The notes beneath the pieces were generated by a model. That model was given only the letters and a program-made list of their open reading frames with translations. It ran no database searches and had not been told where the DNA came from. A DNA stretch of 61,991 nucleotides, the filler included, from Gemmatimonadota bacterium (lineage in GTDB: Bacteria; 4572-55; J002), in NCBI GenBank assembly GCA_003697105.1. It is 6 parts of 6 records of this genome, joined end to end, with 100 filler letters (N's around TTAATTAATTAA, not from the genome) between each part and the next. Parts side by side here need not be neighbours in the genome. Positions count along the whole stretch, not along the records: positions 11,643 to 33,543 come from RFFQ01000101.1; 5 more parts are not named here. One strand, 5' to 3'. A program made the translations under genes and the position numbers. The number at the start of each line of letters is the position of its first letter. Positions within the stretch are counted from its first letter, which is position 1. Shown here piece by piece: positions 20,268 to 30,353 of the stretch.

Positions 20268-21470
20268 ATGCCTATTTATATCTGGCAAGGACGTGATAGA
20301 GAAGGTAATCCTCAACAGGGGGAAATGGAGGCCAAAAGTGAAGCGGCGGTTGTTGCGAAACTTCGGGGCAAAATTATTATTACCGGAATTCGCCAAAAGC
20401 CAGCCGGGTTTAAGTTACCGCTACCCCAAAGTGGACCCTCCTTTAAATCCAAAGTGATGTTCACTCGAATGTTTGCGGTGATGGTGAATGCGGGTCTGCC
20501 GTTGATCAATTGTTTGACCATTTTAGCCGAACAAGGGGATGATAAAAAAATGAATGCCGTGGTCGCGGAAGTCTCTGCCGATGTGGAAGGGGGGAGTTCC
20601 CTCGCGGCAGCAATGGCAAAACACCCCAAAACATTTGATGCCTTATATACCAATATGATCGAAGCCGGCGAGATGGGGGGGATTTTGGATGTGATTTTAG
20701 GACGGCTGGCAGAATTTTTGGAAAAAGCAGATGCCCTGCAACGCAAATTGAAAGGCGCCATGGTGTATCCCGCAGTAGTGATCACGATTTCGGCAGGAGC
20801 CGTGGCGTTCTTGCTGGCATTTGTTATCCCCACGTTCGTGGAAATGTTCAACGGTATGGGGGTGGAATTGCCGTTGCCCACCCAGATGGTGTTGTTGGGA
20901 AGTAAAATCATCACCGGCTATTGGTGGTTGATTATTGCGGTCATTGCTGGCGTAGCATTCGCTTACAAATCGTACCGCGCCACACCCATTGGGGAAAAAA
21001 CCACCGATGCCATCTATCTAAAAGTCCCCATTTTAGGGAACCTGCTCCGAAAAGGTGCCATCGCCCGGTTTACCCGCACATTAGGTACGCTCCTCCAAAG
21101 TGGGGTCAATATCATTGATTCCCTAGAAATTGTGGCGAAAACCTCCGGCAATAAAGTGGTCGAAGAAGCCATTATGGCAACGCGAGAGAGCATCTCCGAA
21201 GGGAAATCCATTGCCGAACCCCTCAAAGGACATCCGGTATTCCCGCCCATGGTGGTACAAATGATCGCCATTGGTGAAGCCACCGGGGCATTGGATGAAA
21301 TGTTAAGCAAAATCGCTGATTTCTATGATGAAGAAGTGGATGCCGCTGTGGAAGCCTTGACTTCGGCGATTGAACCGATCATGATCGTCGGTTTAGGGGG
21401 TATCATCGGGTTTATGGTGGTGGCGATGTATATGCCGATGTTTAGTCTGATCGGGGCAATGGGAAATTAA
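20268..21470 (+). CDS. pilC: Type IV pilus inner-membrane platform protein
   Basis: Two T2SS-F domains (AGEMGGILD, IGEATGALD, IEP); follows pilB-pilT. Confidence 0.94.
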   Translation: MPIYIWQGRDREGNPQQGEMEAKSEAAVVAKLRGKIIITGIRQKPAGFKLPLPQSGPSFKSKVMFTRMFAVMVNAGLPLINCLTILAEQGDDKKMNAVVAEVSADVEGGSSLAAAMAKHPKTFDALYTNMIEAGEMGGILDVILGRLAEFLEKADALQRKLKGAMVYPAVVITISAGAVAFLLAFVIPTFVEMFNGMGVELPLPTQMVLLGSKIITGYWWLIIAVIAGVAFAYKSYRATPIGEKTTDAIYLKVPILGNLLRKGAIARFTRTLGTLLQSGVNIIDSLEIVAKTSGNKVVEEAIMATRESISEGKSIAEPLKGHPVFPPMVVQMIAIGEATGALDEMLSKIADFYDEEVDAAVEALTSAIEPIMIVGLGGIIGFMVVAMYMPMFSLIGAMGN

Positions 21471-21589
21471 AAATAGCCCCACCGAATGCGGGAGATACTC
21501 ACAAACCTTAACCCAATCACATTATATCTACAAAGGGAAACGGAACCCTACCACTCGTTTCCCTCTTTTTTTATCACGGAGAATGCACT

Positions 21590-23062
21590 ATGTATATTTA
21601 CAATAACTTATCGAACCGGAAAGAACGCTTTATCCCGTGCGAAGATAATCAGGTCAAAATGTATGTTTGCGGCATGACGGTACAGGATAAACCCCATATT
21701 GGGCACATGAAATCCTTTTTAACGGCGGATGTGATGCGCCGCTATCTGGAATACCGGGGATACCGCGTTAAACTTGTCCAAAACTTCACGGATGTGGACG
21801 ATAAAATTATCAACCGGGCTAACCAAGAAGGTGTACCCTATCTCACCGTTGCGAACCGGTATATTGAAGAATATTATCAGGTGTCAGATCGGTTGAATAT
21901 CCGTCGAGCGGATATTTATCCCCGCGCCACGGAACATATCCCCGATATTATCGCACTGATCCAACGGTTGATCGACAAGGGAGTCGCCTATGAAGCCGCT
22001 GGAGATGTCTATTTTGCGGTGGAAAAACATCCGGATTACGGTAAACTTTCCAACCGGTCGATTGCTGATATGATCGAAGGTACTCGTAAGGACGTCCAAT
22101 CCAATAAAAAACATCCCTTGGATTTTGCCTTGTGGAAAGCTGCCAAACCGGACGAACCCCATTGGGACAGTCCGTGGGGCAAGGGACGCCCCGGGTGGCA
22201 CATTGAATGTTCCGCAATGGCAATGAAATATCTGGGAGAAACCTTTGATATTCACGGCGGTGGGCTGGACCTCATCTTCCCGCATCACGAAAATGAACGG
22301 GCGCAGTCCGAAGCGGCAACCGGAAAACCGTTCGCCCATTTCTGGTGCGAAGGCGGTCTGTTGGAAATTGAAAATACCGCCACAAAAAAAGTTGAAAAAA
22401 TGTCGAAGTCACTGAATAACTTTTTTGCCATGTCCGACATTTTGGAGAAATTTGAACCGGATGCCGTGCGCATGTTCCTCATCTCCGGGCATTATCGCAG
22501 CCCCCTCAATTTCAGTGAAGCCCGCATGGCAGAGGCAAAAGCCCGCTTAGACCGGCTTCGCGAAACCTTCCGCAACATGAGCTTCATCCTGAAAGATTTT
22601 GATGATGATGCGACCCTCGATGTGGAAAGTAGCGAACCGGAAGTCAAAGAATTGTATGAAAAAGCAAAAGCCGTCCGCGAAAAGTTTGAAGCGGCAATGG
22701 ATGACGATTTTAACACCGCTCAAGCCATGGCGGTTTTGTTTGATGTGGCAAAAGCAGCCAATACGTTTATGGCATCCCGTCAGGAACGATTTTCCAGCAC
22801 GGATAAACGGGTACTTGACTATAGCCGGGGCATCTTACAGGACTTCCTGCACGTGTTGGGGTTCTCCGATGCCATTTTTGCCGAAGATACCCGCGCCACA
22901 GACATCACGGATGATCTGATCCAGATTCTAATCGAAGTGCGGAAAACCGCCCGAATGGAAAAACAATGGGCAATTGCCGACACCATCCGAAACCGGCTGG
23001 AAGCATTGGGCATCGCCTTAGAAGACCGCCCCGGTGGCGAAACCCGGTGGAAATGGAAATAA
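21590..23062 (+). CDS. cysS: Cysteine--tRNA ligase
   Basis: YVCG, HIGH, GRPGWHIEC, DIHGGG, FPHHENE, KMSKS. Confidence 0.97.
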   Translation: MYIYNNLSNRKERFIPCEDNQVKMYVCGMTVQDKPHIGHMKSFLTADVMRRYLEYRGYRVKLVQNFTDVDDKIINRANQEGVPYLTVANRYIEEYYQVSDRLNIRRADIYPRATEHIPDIIALIQRLIDKGVAYEAAGDVYFAVEKHPDYGKLSNRSIADMIEGTRKDVQSNKKHPLDFALWKAAKPDEPHWDSPWGKGRPGWHIECSAMAMKYLGETFDIHGGGLDLIFPHHENERAQSEAATGKPFAHFWCEGGLLEIENTATKKVEKMSKSLNNFFAMSDILEKFEPDAVRMFLISGHYRSPLNFSEARMAEAKARLDRLRETFRNMSFILKDFDDDATLDVESSEPEVKELYEKAKAVREKFEAAMDDDFNTAQAMAVLFDVAKAANTFMASRQERFSSTDKRVLDYSRGILQDFLHVLGFSDAIFAEDTRATDITDDLIQILIEVRKTARMEKQWAIADTIRNRLEALGIALEDRPGGETRWKWK

Positions 23063-23118
23063 ACCGCAACGGCAGGTGTACCCAATTCAACATCACCCGT
23101 ATATCAAGGAGGAAGCTC

Positions 23119-25059
23119 ATGCGCTATATCCTATTTGGTTTGTTTTGTTCGATGCTGACCAACCTACCTTTAGGGGCACAGCCCAACCCACCCGAAAATT
23201 TGACAGCAAATTCCCGTGGAAGCACCATCGATTTGACATGGGAAGCTCCCAGCGGCAATATCATTTTTGAAGATGATTTTGAGTCCTACCCGGATTTTGC
23301 GCAGGAGTTCAGCCCGTGGATACTGATCGACGGCGACGGGCTGGAGACATGGGGCATCCAAGAAGCAAGTTTCCCCGGCGAAGGGGAACCCATGGCATAT
23401 ATCATTTTTAATCCGAGCCAAACCGTCCCCCCAATTGGTGGCGGTGACCCCCATTCTGGAGATAAATACGCCGCTTGTTTTGCCTCCAATCCCAATGGAG
23501 GGCAAATATTCAATGATGATTGGATGATCACACCCCAACTTCAGCTCGGCACCGGCAGTTCGATTACCTTGTGGGCACGTTCGTACACGGCGGAATGGGG
23601 ATTGGAACGGTTCCGGGTACTCATCTCTACCACCGGCACGGAACCGGATGATTTTACCCTGATTTCACCCGGCGATTACGTCGAAGCGCCCACCACCTGG
23701 TCAGATTTTACCTATGATTTGAGTGATTACGACAATCAGGCAGTTCATCTCGCCATTCACTGTGTGTCTGAAGATGCCTTTTTCCTAATGGTTGATGATG
23801 TCGTGGTGGAATCCGAAGGCGCACCGGCATTTACCCGCACGGCCCGGAAGTCAATAGAACATGAAAAGCAGGTGATACGATCCACCGGAATGGACTTCGT
23901 TCAACGGAATATCCCTTCCAAACCGGCGAAATTCACCGCAGGAGCGTCAAAGCCCGCCTCGAAAACCGGCCAATTACGAGCACTGCAAAATTACACGATA
24001 TATCGCCGTGCCGGCGGGGATAACGAGACGTGGGAAAATATCGCGACGGTGCCCGGGGATGTGCTTGCCTATTCCGATACCGATCTGCCAGATGGCGAGT
24101 GGTGCTATCAGGTTACGGCGGTATATGACGAAGGCGAAAGCGACCCTAGCAATGTTGCCTGTAGTGAAGTTCCGGTACTATTTTTTGATAGCTTTGAAAA
24201 TTATGACGACTTCGCCATTGAATTTGGCAATTGGACGCTAATTGATGGAGATGGGTTGAGTACCTGGGGAATCCAACAAGTCGATTTTGAACACGAAGGG
24301 GACCCCATGGCATTTATCATTTTTAACCCCTCCGCTACGGAACCCCCGCTCTCCAGTGGATTCCCGCACACCGGACGAAAATATGCCGCGTGCTTCTCTT
24401 CCATTCCATCGGGGGGGCAATACAATGATGATTGGCTAATCAGTCCCCGAATTACGCTGGGTACAAATTCCAGTGTCCGGTTTTGGGCAAGTACGTATCA
24501 GGAATATCAAGGACGGAGCGAGCGCTTTCAAGTGCTGGTCTCCACTGGCGGTACAGAGCCAAATGAGTTTACCCTGATTTCCGAAGGAGACTACATCGAA
24601 CCTCCGCTAGAATGGCAAGAATACACTTTTGACCTTAACGATTATAACGGACAGAGTGTCTATATTGCCATCCACTGTATCTCAGAAGATGTTTTTTTCT
24701 TGCAAGTTGATGATTTCAAGGTAGTTTCTAGCGGCGGCACGAGCGTCGGGTCCACCGTTCAGGCAATTCACACTCCGCAGCACTACCAACTGATGCCGAA
24801 CCACCCGAACCCTTTCAACCCCCAAACAGAGATTCGCTACACCCTGCCCCAACCGGATCAGGTGACGTTGACCATTTACGACCTAAAAGGCCGAGTCGTA
24901 AAGCAACTTGTTGACCAATACCAAACAGCAAATCAATATTCGGTCGTGTGGGACGGGCGAGATGATAGCGGAGCGGAACTGTCCAGCGGAGTTTATTTCT
25001 ATCATCTAGAAACACAGAACGGCTATCATGCCACTCAACAGATGGTCTTACTCCGGTAA
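23119..25059 (+). CDS. Secreted protein with two cleaved-adhesin (choice-of-anchor J-like) domains, FN3 and C-terminal FlgD-Ig/T9SS-like domain
   Basis: AGGAGG RBS before ATG 23119; signal peptide; repeated W-x-LIDGDG and DDW(M/L)I(T/S)P modules; NHPNPFNP...WDG...SGVYFY. Confidence 0.85.
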   Translation: MRYILFGLFCSMLTNLPLGAQPNPPENLTANSRGSTIDLTWEAPSGNIIFEDDFESYPDFAQEFSPWILIDGDGLETWGIQEASFPGEGEPMAYIIFNPSQTVPPIGGGDPHSGDKYAACFASNPNGGQIFNDDWMITPQLQLGTGSSITLWARSYTAEWGLERFRVLISTTGTEPDDFTLISPGDYVEAPTTWSDFTYDLSDYDNQAVHLAIHCVSEDAFFLMVDDVVVESEGAPAFTRTARKSIEHEKQVIRSTGMDFVQRNIPSKPAKFTAGASKPASKTGQLRALQNYTIYRRAGGDNETWENIATVPGDVLAYSDTDLPDGEWCYQVTAVYDEGESDPSNVACSEVPVLFFDSFENYDDFAIEFGNWTLIDGDGLSTWGIQQVDFEHEGDPMAFIIFNPSATEPPLSSGFPHTGRKYAACFSSIPSGGQYNDDWLISPRITLGTNSSVRFWASTYQEYQGRSERFQVLVSTGGTEPNEFTLISEGDYIEPPLEWQEYTFDLNDYNGQSVYIAIHCISEDVFFLQVDDFKVVSSGGTSVGSTVQAIHTPQHYQLMPNHPNPFNPQTEIRYTLPQPDQVTLTIYDLKGRVVKQLVDQYQTANQYSVVWDGRDDSGAELSSGVYFYHLETQNGYHATQQMVLLR

Positions 25060-25084
25060 TCCCGTTTTCACTGAGAATTCCAAC

Positions 25085-25130
25085 GGCGAATCTGGAAAGC
25101 ATAGTCTGATGTAATTCCAGATTCGCCTTT
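25085..25130 (+). terminator. Putative intrinsic terminator
   Basis: GGCGAATCTGGAA / TTCCAGATTCGCC followed by TTT. Confidence 0.55.
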
Positions 25131-25142
25131 GTTGTACGAAAA

Positions 25143-25757
25143 ATGATACTCAACCCTCTTTTTCACTGGATTTTGGAACAGCGTGCCGAACACCTTTACC
25201 GGCGGGTAATGCCATATCTACCTTCCACGGGAACCGTTTTGGATGTGGGATCGGCTACTGGGCATTTTCTGGTCACGTTGGAACAGCACACCTCACTTCG
25301 GGGAACACCTGTTGATGTCATTGATTTTCATCTGACCGGTCTCCCTCCCCTAATTTTGATGGCGGATCAACTCCCCTTCCCAGATCATCATTTTGATTGT
25401 ACATTCTTGATTTTTGTATTACAATATGTCCCATCACCTCGACACTTACTAAGCGAAATTCGCCGCGTGACTCGGCAGAAAATCATTGTGATAGAATCAA
25501 CCTATAAAACCGCCGTTGAACACGCACTTCTCAAACTGCGGGAGTGGGTCTGGGGTCCGCTAGCATTTCATACCAGTCGTTGGGGGGGGTTCATCCCGAA
25601 AGAAACCCCTTGTACCGTCCAACCTCTGCGGCATTTTACTCGAGAAGAGATTCGGCGAGTTCTTCAGACAACGGGTTTTCGCGAAATATGCCTCATTCCG
25701 GAGAGGTGGATGGGGAGCCATCTGAGCCGTGACCTCATCGTATTGGAGGCAATATAG
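25143..25757 (+). CDS. Class I SAM-dependent methyltransferase
   Basis: VLDVGSATG, LPFPDHHFD, EIRRV. Confidence 0.85.
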   Translation: MILNPLFHWILEQRAEHLYRRVMPYLPSTGTVLDVGSATGHFLVTLEQHTSLRGTPVDVIDFHLTGLPPLILMADQLPFPDHHFDCTFLIFVLQYVPSPRHLLSEIRRVTRQKIIVIESTYKTAVEHALLKLREWVWGPLAFHTSRWGGFIPKETPCTVQPLRHFTREEIRRVLQTTGFREICLIPERWMGSHLSRDLIVLEAI

Positions 25758-26497
25758 TGAAGCCTACCCTATCGATCATTATCCCCGCTCGTAATGAAGC
25801 CCAAATACTCCGTTCAACGCTGGAGAAGGTTCTAAAGGCGATAGACCACGCCAGAGGTCATTTTATCGATTATGAAATTATTGTCGTTGATAGTGACAGT
25901 CACGATGAAACACGTCACATTATCCGTGGGTATCATTCGCAGGGTGTACAGTACCGGTTTTGCTCAGAACATAAAGCCCCCGTTGCCCGGAATATTGGTG
26001 CACAAGCTGCACAGGGTACGCTGTTGCTCTTTTTGGATGCTGATACACACATTCCTGTCCATGCCATTAGACGGGTCATCACACATTATCAGCGGGGCTA
26101 CCGCGCCGGAATTTGCCGCTTAGCCTCGTTGGAGAAGAGCTTTCGTGCCCGCGTGTGGTGGTGGTTTTGGGAACATGTCCGGCGCTTACCCATACCAAAG
26201 GCGAAAGCCATGCCGGCATTTATGTTCTGTACCCGAACGGTTTTTGATGCCTACGGGCCCTTTGATGAAACCGTCCGAATTGGTGAAGAGTGGCCCATCC
26301 TTGCCCGCATGTACCGGGATCATCCTCACCAATTTATTTACGATCGCGATTTGACCGTGTACACCTCCAGCCGTCGCATGGAACTCCAATATTTTGGATA
26401 TTTACGTACATTTCTAAAATATGTTTGGGCAATTTTGCACCCCAGCGGGCGTATTCATTACACTGACCAATACCGGTATTCATCTTATCACTCCTAA
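25757..26497 (+). CDS. Glycosyltransferase family 2
   Basis: SIIIPARNE, IIVVD, ARNIGA, LFLDAD; start overlaps methyltransferase stop. Confidence 0.88.
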   Translation: MKPTLSIIIPARNEAQILRSTLEKVLKAIDHARGHFIDYEIIVVDSDSHDETRHIIRGYHSQGVQYRFCSEHKAPVARNIGAQAAQGTLLLFLDADTHIPVHAIRRVITHYQRGYRAGICRLASLEKSFRARVWWWFWEHVRRLPIPKAKAMPAFMFCTRTVFDAYGPFDETVRIGEEWPILARMYRDHPHQFIYDRDLTVYTSSRRMELQYFGYLRTFLKYVWAILHPSGRIHYTDQYRYSSYHS

Positions 26498-26512
26498 CGT
26501 GGAGGAAACCGT

Positions 26513-27607
26513 ATGAAGATTATTAAAAACACGTTCATGATTATCGTGAGCCTCGTAGTAATCTTATTGATTATCGGGCTTTTTCTTCCCACAACCTACC
26601 ACATAGAACGGTCGATCGTGATCCAAGCCAGCCCTAATTTTATTTTCCCTCATCTAAACAGCTTTCGCACGTGGCCGGAATGGACGGCATGGACTCCCGA
26701 ACGCGATCCAACAGTTAAATATGATTACGCGGGACCCGAAGCGGGTATCGGCGCAAAATACATGTGGAACGGGCAAGAATTGGGCAACGGGCATATCACG
26801 ATTGTGGAAAGTCAGGAAAATACACGAATCCGGTATGATTTGTGGATGGAAAATGATAAATATCATGCGGAAGATATGATGCAATTGGTACAAACCGCAG
26901 ATGGAACACGGGTAATCTGGACTGATGAGGGGGAGTTAGGCCACAATCCATTTTTACGATATTTGGGGTTGCTGATGGATCGATTCATCGGACCCGACTT
27001 TGAAGAAGGTCTTGCCAAACTGAAAGCCCGTGCCGAACAGGATGCCCGCGACTATGAAACCCTTACCGCCTGGATGACCGGCTCGTTTAGTAGCGCCGAA
27101 CAAGCAGTAGCGGACTCCGATTACTATGACATCCGTCTGGAAATGGTGCCAATCTGGCAAGAGCGCACCGATGGCTACTGGCTTTACGTCGAACAAGCTG
27201 TCGCCACGTATAAAGACCGACCTTACCGGCAACGTGTTTATCAGGTAACCCAGTCCACACCGGGTACGTACATCAGCTATATTTACACCCTGCCAGACCC
27301 GCCTCTGCGGTTTGCCGGTGCGTACCAACACGAAACGCCGCTTGCAACCCTCACTCCAGATTCATTGACTTTACGGGAAGGATGCGAGGTCATCTTGCAA
27401 AAACAAGATGTGGAGACGTTTGCCGGTGCAACCGGTAAAAAAACCTGTACCAGCGAGTTGCGAGGAGCAAGTTACGCCACATCTGAAGTAATCCTCACAA
27501 AAGAGGCCCTCATTAGTTGGGATCGTGGCTATGACTCTGAGGGCAATCAGGTTTGGGGAGCAGAAAAAGGTGGGTATATTTTTAAGCGAGTCACCCCGAC
27601 CGAATAA
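26513..27607 (+). CDS. SRPBCC (START-like) domain fused to CpcT/CpeT chromophore-lyase-like domain
   Basis: N-half: membrane anchor, YHIERSIVI, WTAW, IGPDFEEGLAKLK. C-half: MTGSFSSAEQA, WLYVEQA, PYRQRVY, REGC, SWDRGYD, QVWG. Confidence 0.85.
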   Translation: MKIIKNTFMIIVSLVVILLIIGLFLPTTYHIERSIVIQASPNFIFPHLNSFRTWPEWTAWTPERDPTVKYDYAGPEAGIGAKYMWNGQELGNGHITIVESQENTRIRYDLWMENDKYHAEDMMQLVQTADGTRVIWTDEGELGHNPFLRYLGLLMDRFIGPDFEEGLAKLKARAEQDARDYETLTAWMTGSFSSAEQAVADSDYYDIRLEMVPIWQERTDGYWLYVEQAVATYKDRPYRQRVYQVTQSTPGTYISYIYTLPDPPLRFAGAYQHETPLATLTPDSLTLREGCEVILQKQDVETFAGATGKKTCTSELRGASYATSEVILTKEALISWDRGYDSEGNQVWGAEKGGYIFKRVTPTE

Positions 27608-27616
27608 GACATCACT

Positions 27617-27650
27617 GGAATGAAGGGAGATATTCGGTCTCCCTTCCATT
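27617..27650 (+). terminator. Putative intrinsic terminator
   Basis: GAAGGGAGA / TCTCCCTTC hairpin followed by a T-rich tract. Confidence 0.55.
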
Positions 27651-27685
27651 TTCCGCCTTTATCCTTTCATTCAAAGAGGTTTTTC

Positions 27686-29566
27686 ATGGAAAACTACTAC
27701 CATCAATTCCACATTCCCGTGATGGGAACCGGTCATTCAATTGATACCCCCATTCGGGTCGCACCATTTGGGATTTCCTCTGTTATTTCGTTGGTGGATG
27801 ATCTATTACTGGAGAAAATCCGCCAGTATTATTGCAAAACATATAATCTGCCTTATGAGAATATCCCGCGTACCGCAGAAGATGGGCGCGCCAAGCGCAT
27901 CACCGCCTATTTGGAGATGGTCAACACCATTGTCCATAATAAGATGGAACGCCTCAAAGCTCAGCCTTTTTTTGATAAAAATGAGAAAACTACCTATTTT
28001 GAGTTGTTGCCTAAAGAAAGCCCACTCAAAAAAGCGTACCATCAGATGGTCAAAATGAAGGATAGCCCTGAACGGGCTTACCTCGCCGAACAGTTGACCC
28101 GGATGATGAAACCGGGTTCCATCGATGTGAATATTATGGTCAAGTTGGATAAAATCAACCGCAATGCCAGCGGTAAACCCCTTAGTGACCAATACAGCGA
28201 CGCCAAAGCGGCACTACGAGGATTTGCAAACAGTTCCCTAAGGTCGAGTGTCGTTTTTTCTGCCGGTATTAACAAAGGGCTATTTAATTATGCTACCCAA
28301 TTTGAAGATTTTTACCGGGACTCATTCGGTGAGCTGAAAAAGAAGATCATCCTGAAAGTGAGTGATTTTCGGTCAGCACTGATACAAGGTAAGTTTTTGG
28401 CAAAAAAAGGGTTAGAGGTATATGAGTTCCGCATTGAATCGGGGTTGAATTGTGGCGGGCATGCGTTTGCTTCTAACGGGCACTTGCTCCCCACGCTATT
28501 GCAGGAATTCAAGGAAAAGCGGGACGAATTAGCCGCTCAATTTCGACCCTACATCCAAAAATACTACCAAAAAATGGGTTGGGATTTCCCAGAAGCCGTG
28601 AAGCACCATCGCCCACGGGTCACCGTCCAAGGTGGAATCGGTACACATGGGGAGCACCGGCGCTTGATCGAAGATTTCGGGATAGATATGACCGGCTGGG
28701 CAAGCCCGTTTTTGCTAGTCCCCGAAGCAACATGTGTGGATGAACCCACCCGCAAATTGCTGGAACAAGCCCAAGAAGAAGACCTGTATTTAAGTGATGT
28801 CTCGCCGCTGGGTGTTCCGTTTAACAATGTTCGCCGCACGGGATCAGAGCAATGGACGCAGAAACGCATTGAACAGGGCAAACCGGGATCGCCCTGCCCC
28901 AAAAAGTTTTTGGTCTCAAATACGGAATTCACCGATACACCCATTTGCACGGCCTCACGGGAGTATCAGGAGCAAAAACTCGCCGAAATCGAACAGACGA
29001 CACCTTCGAACGGGGAACGGCTGAAATTACAGCTAAATGTGTTAGCCAAAACCTGTATCTGTGACCATTTGGGGAACGGGGCACTAATCGCACTCGGGTT
29101 GGTCAAACCCAGCAAAGCGCCACAGGCGGTCTGTCCGGGACCCAACATCGCCTGGTTCAACCGCAAATACTCTCTCAAAGAGATGGTGGATCATATTTAT
29201 GGACGAATCGCCTCCCTCGTACCCCCAGAGCGCCCGCACATGTTTGCCAAAGAAGCCGCGATGTATGTCGATTATGTCGCCAAACTGATCGATCAATGCA
29301 AATCCATGAGTGAAGTAAAAAAATTGCAAGAATTTCGGGAAAACTTACACCAAAGCATCGATTTTTGCCGTGCTATCGGGGATCGACTTCCCTATCCGGA
29401 TGAAAACCTAGCGTCAATCACCCAATTTATGGACGAACAAAAAGCTCGATTAGAAGCCCTGTTTACCGGCTGTGAAACCAAAATTAACCAGTTACGAGAC
29501 CAATTTTTAACTGATGTCTCCGACGCAACACACGACATACCCATGTTGCAATTAAGTCCTGTATAA
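27686..29566 (+). CDS. Conserved hypothetical Cys-rich protein, possible FMN-binding TIM barrel
   Basis: GAGG RBS before ATG 27686; FHIPVMG, ESGLNCGGH, QGGIGT, clustered Cys motifs. Confidence 0.75.
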   Translation: MENYYHQFHIPVMGTGHSIDTPIRVAPFGISSVISLVDDLLLEKIRQYYCKTYNLPYENIPRTAEDGRAKRITAYLEMVNTIVHNKMERLKAQPFFDKNEKTTYFELLPKESPLKKAYHQMVKMKDSPERAYLAEQLTRMMKPGSIDVNIMVKLDKINRNASGKPLSDQYSDAKAALRGFANSSLRSSVVFSAGINKGLFNYATQFEDFYRDSFGELKKKIILKVSDFRSALIQGKFLAKKGLEVYEFRIESGLNCGGHAFASNGHLLPTLLQEFKEKRDELAAQFRPYIQKYYQKMGWDFPEAVKHHRPRVTVQGGIGTHGEHRRLIEDFGIDMTGWASPFLLVPEATCVDEPTRKLLEQAQEEDLYLSDVSPLGVPFNNVRRTGSEQWTQKRIEQGKPGSPCPKKFLVSNTEFTDTPICTASREYQEQKLAEIEQTTPSNGERLKLQLNVLAKTCICDHLGNGALIALGLVKPSKAPQAVCPGPNIAWFNRKYSLKEMVDHIYGRIASLVPPERPHMFAKEAAMYVDYVAKLIDQCKSMSEVKKLQEFRENLHQSIDFCRAIGDRLPYPDENLASITQFMDEQKARLEALFTGCETKINQLRDQFLTDVSDATHDIPMLQLSPV

Positions 29567-29603
29567 TGGGGTTCGTATCTTAACAGTAAGGTGAGGTTCA
29601 TCA

Positions 29604-30260
29604 ATGAGTTATAAGATTCAACTTAATCAGCAGACGTTTCATACCGAGCGGATTTTTTGCATCGGACGCAATTATGTGCAACACATTGAAGAGCTTCAAA
29701 ATGAATTACCGGCAGCGCCCGTCATCTTTATGAAACCTGCTTCTTGTTTGGTGAAATCTGGTCAGTCCATTCCATACCCTACGCACGGGCAAGAGATGCA
29801 TCATGAGGCAGAAATCGTCGTACTGATTGGCAAATCCGGCAAGGCAAAACAGGTACAAGAAGCGCGGACATTCATTGCCGGTTTATCCATTGGCATTGAT
29901 TTTACCCTGCGGGATGTTCAACGGCAGTTAAAAGAAAAAGGGCTACCCTGGGAACGGGCAAAAGCATTTGATCACAGTGCCCCTATCGGCGATTTTATTC
30001 CCCTCTCCGGTACGATAGACCTAACCAATTTGGATATCCGCTGTTGGGTCAATGAGGACTTACGGCAAGAGGGAAATAGTGCGCAAATGATCTATCGTAT
30101 AGAAACGTTGATTGTGGAACTGAGTCATATTTGGCAGCTAAACGCAGGCGATTTAATCTATACCGGTACACCAGCAGGAGTTAGCGCGGTGAAAATTGGG
30201 GATGTTATTCGGGTTGAGAATTCGCAAATCGGCAGGTTTGAGTGGAAAATTACCGCTTAA
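29604..30260 (+). CDS. Fumarylacetoacetate hydrolase family protein
   Basis: CIGRNY, FMKP, HHEAE, DFTLRD, KAFD, GDLIYTGTP. Confidence 0.93.
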   Translation: MSYKIQLNQQTFHTERIFCIGRNYVQHIEELQNELPAAPVIFMKPASCLVKSGQSIPYPTHGQEMHHEAEIVVLIGKSGKAKQVQEARTFIAGLSIGIDFTLRDVQRQLKEKGLPWERAKAFDHSAPIGDFIPLSGTIDLTNLDIRCWVNEDLRQEGNSAQMIYRIETLIVELSHIWQLNAGDLIYTGTPAGVSAVKIGDVIRVENSQIGRFEWKITA

Positions 30261-30286
30261 AACCGACGTATCTTCATTCAAAAATC

Positions 30287-30329
30287 AAAAAGGTATCGAG
30301 TTAATAATACGTATCTCGATACCTTTTTT
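30287..30329. terminator. Bidirectional terminator
   Basis: AAAAAGGTATCGAG / CTCGATACCTTTTT between convergent genes. Confidence 0.75.
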
Positions 30330-30353
30330 ATGTCTATAAAGATGGGAAATCTG

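Noticed and set aside
22966-23118. Long N-terminal extension of the adhesin ORF
   Set aside because: Overlaps cysS; RBS and signal peptide point to ATG 23119.
26513-27607. Evidence for phycobilisomes or phototrophy
   Set aside because: No phycobiliprotein or bilin reductase genes in the window; CpcT-like domains also occur in non-phototrophs.
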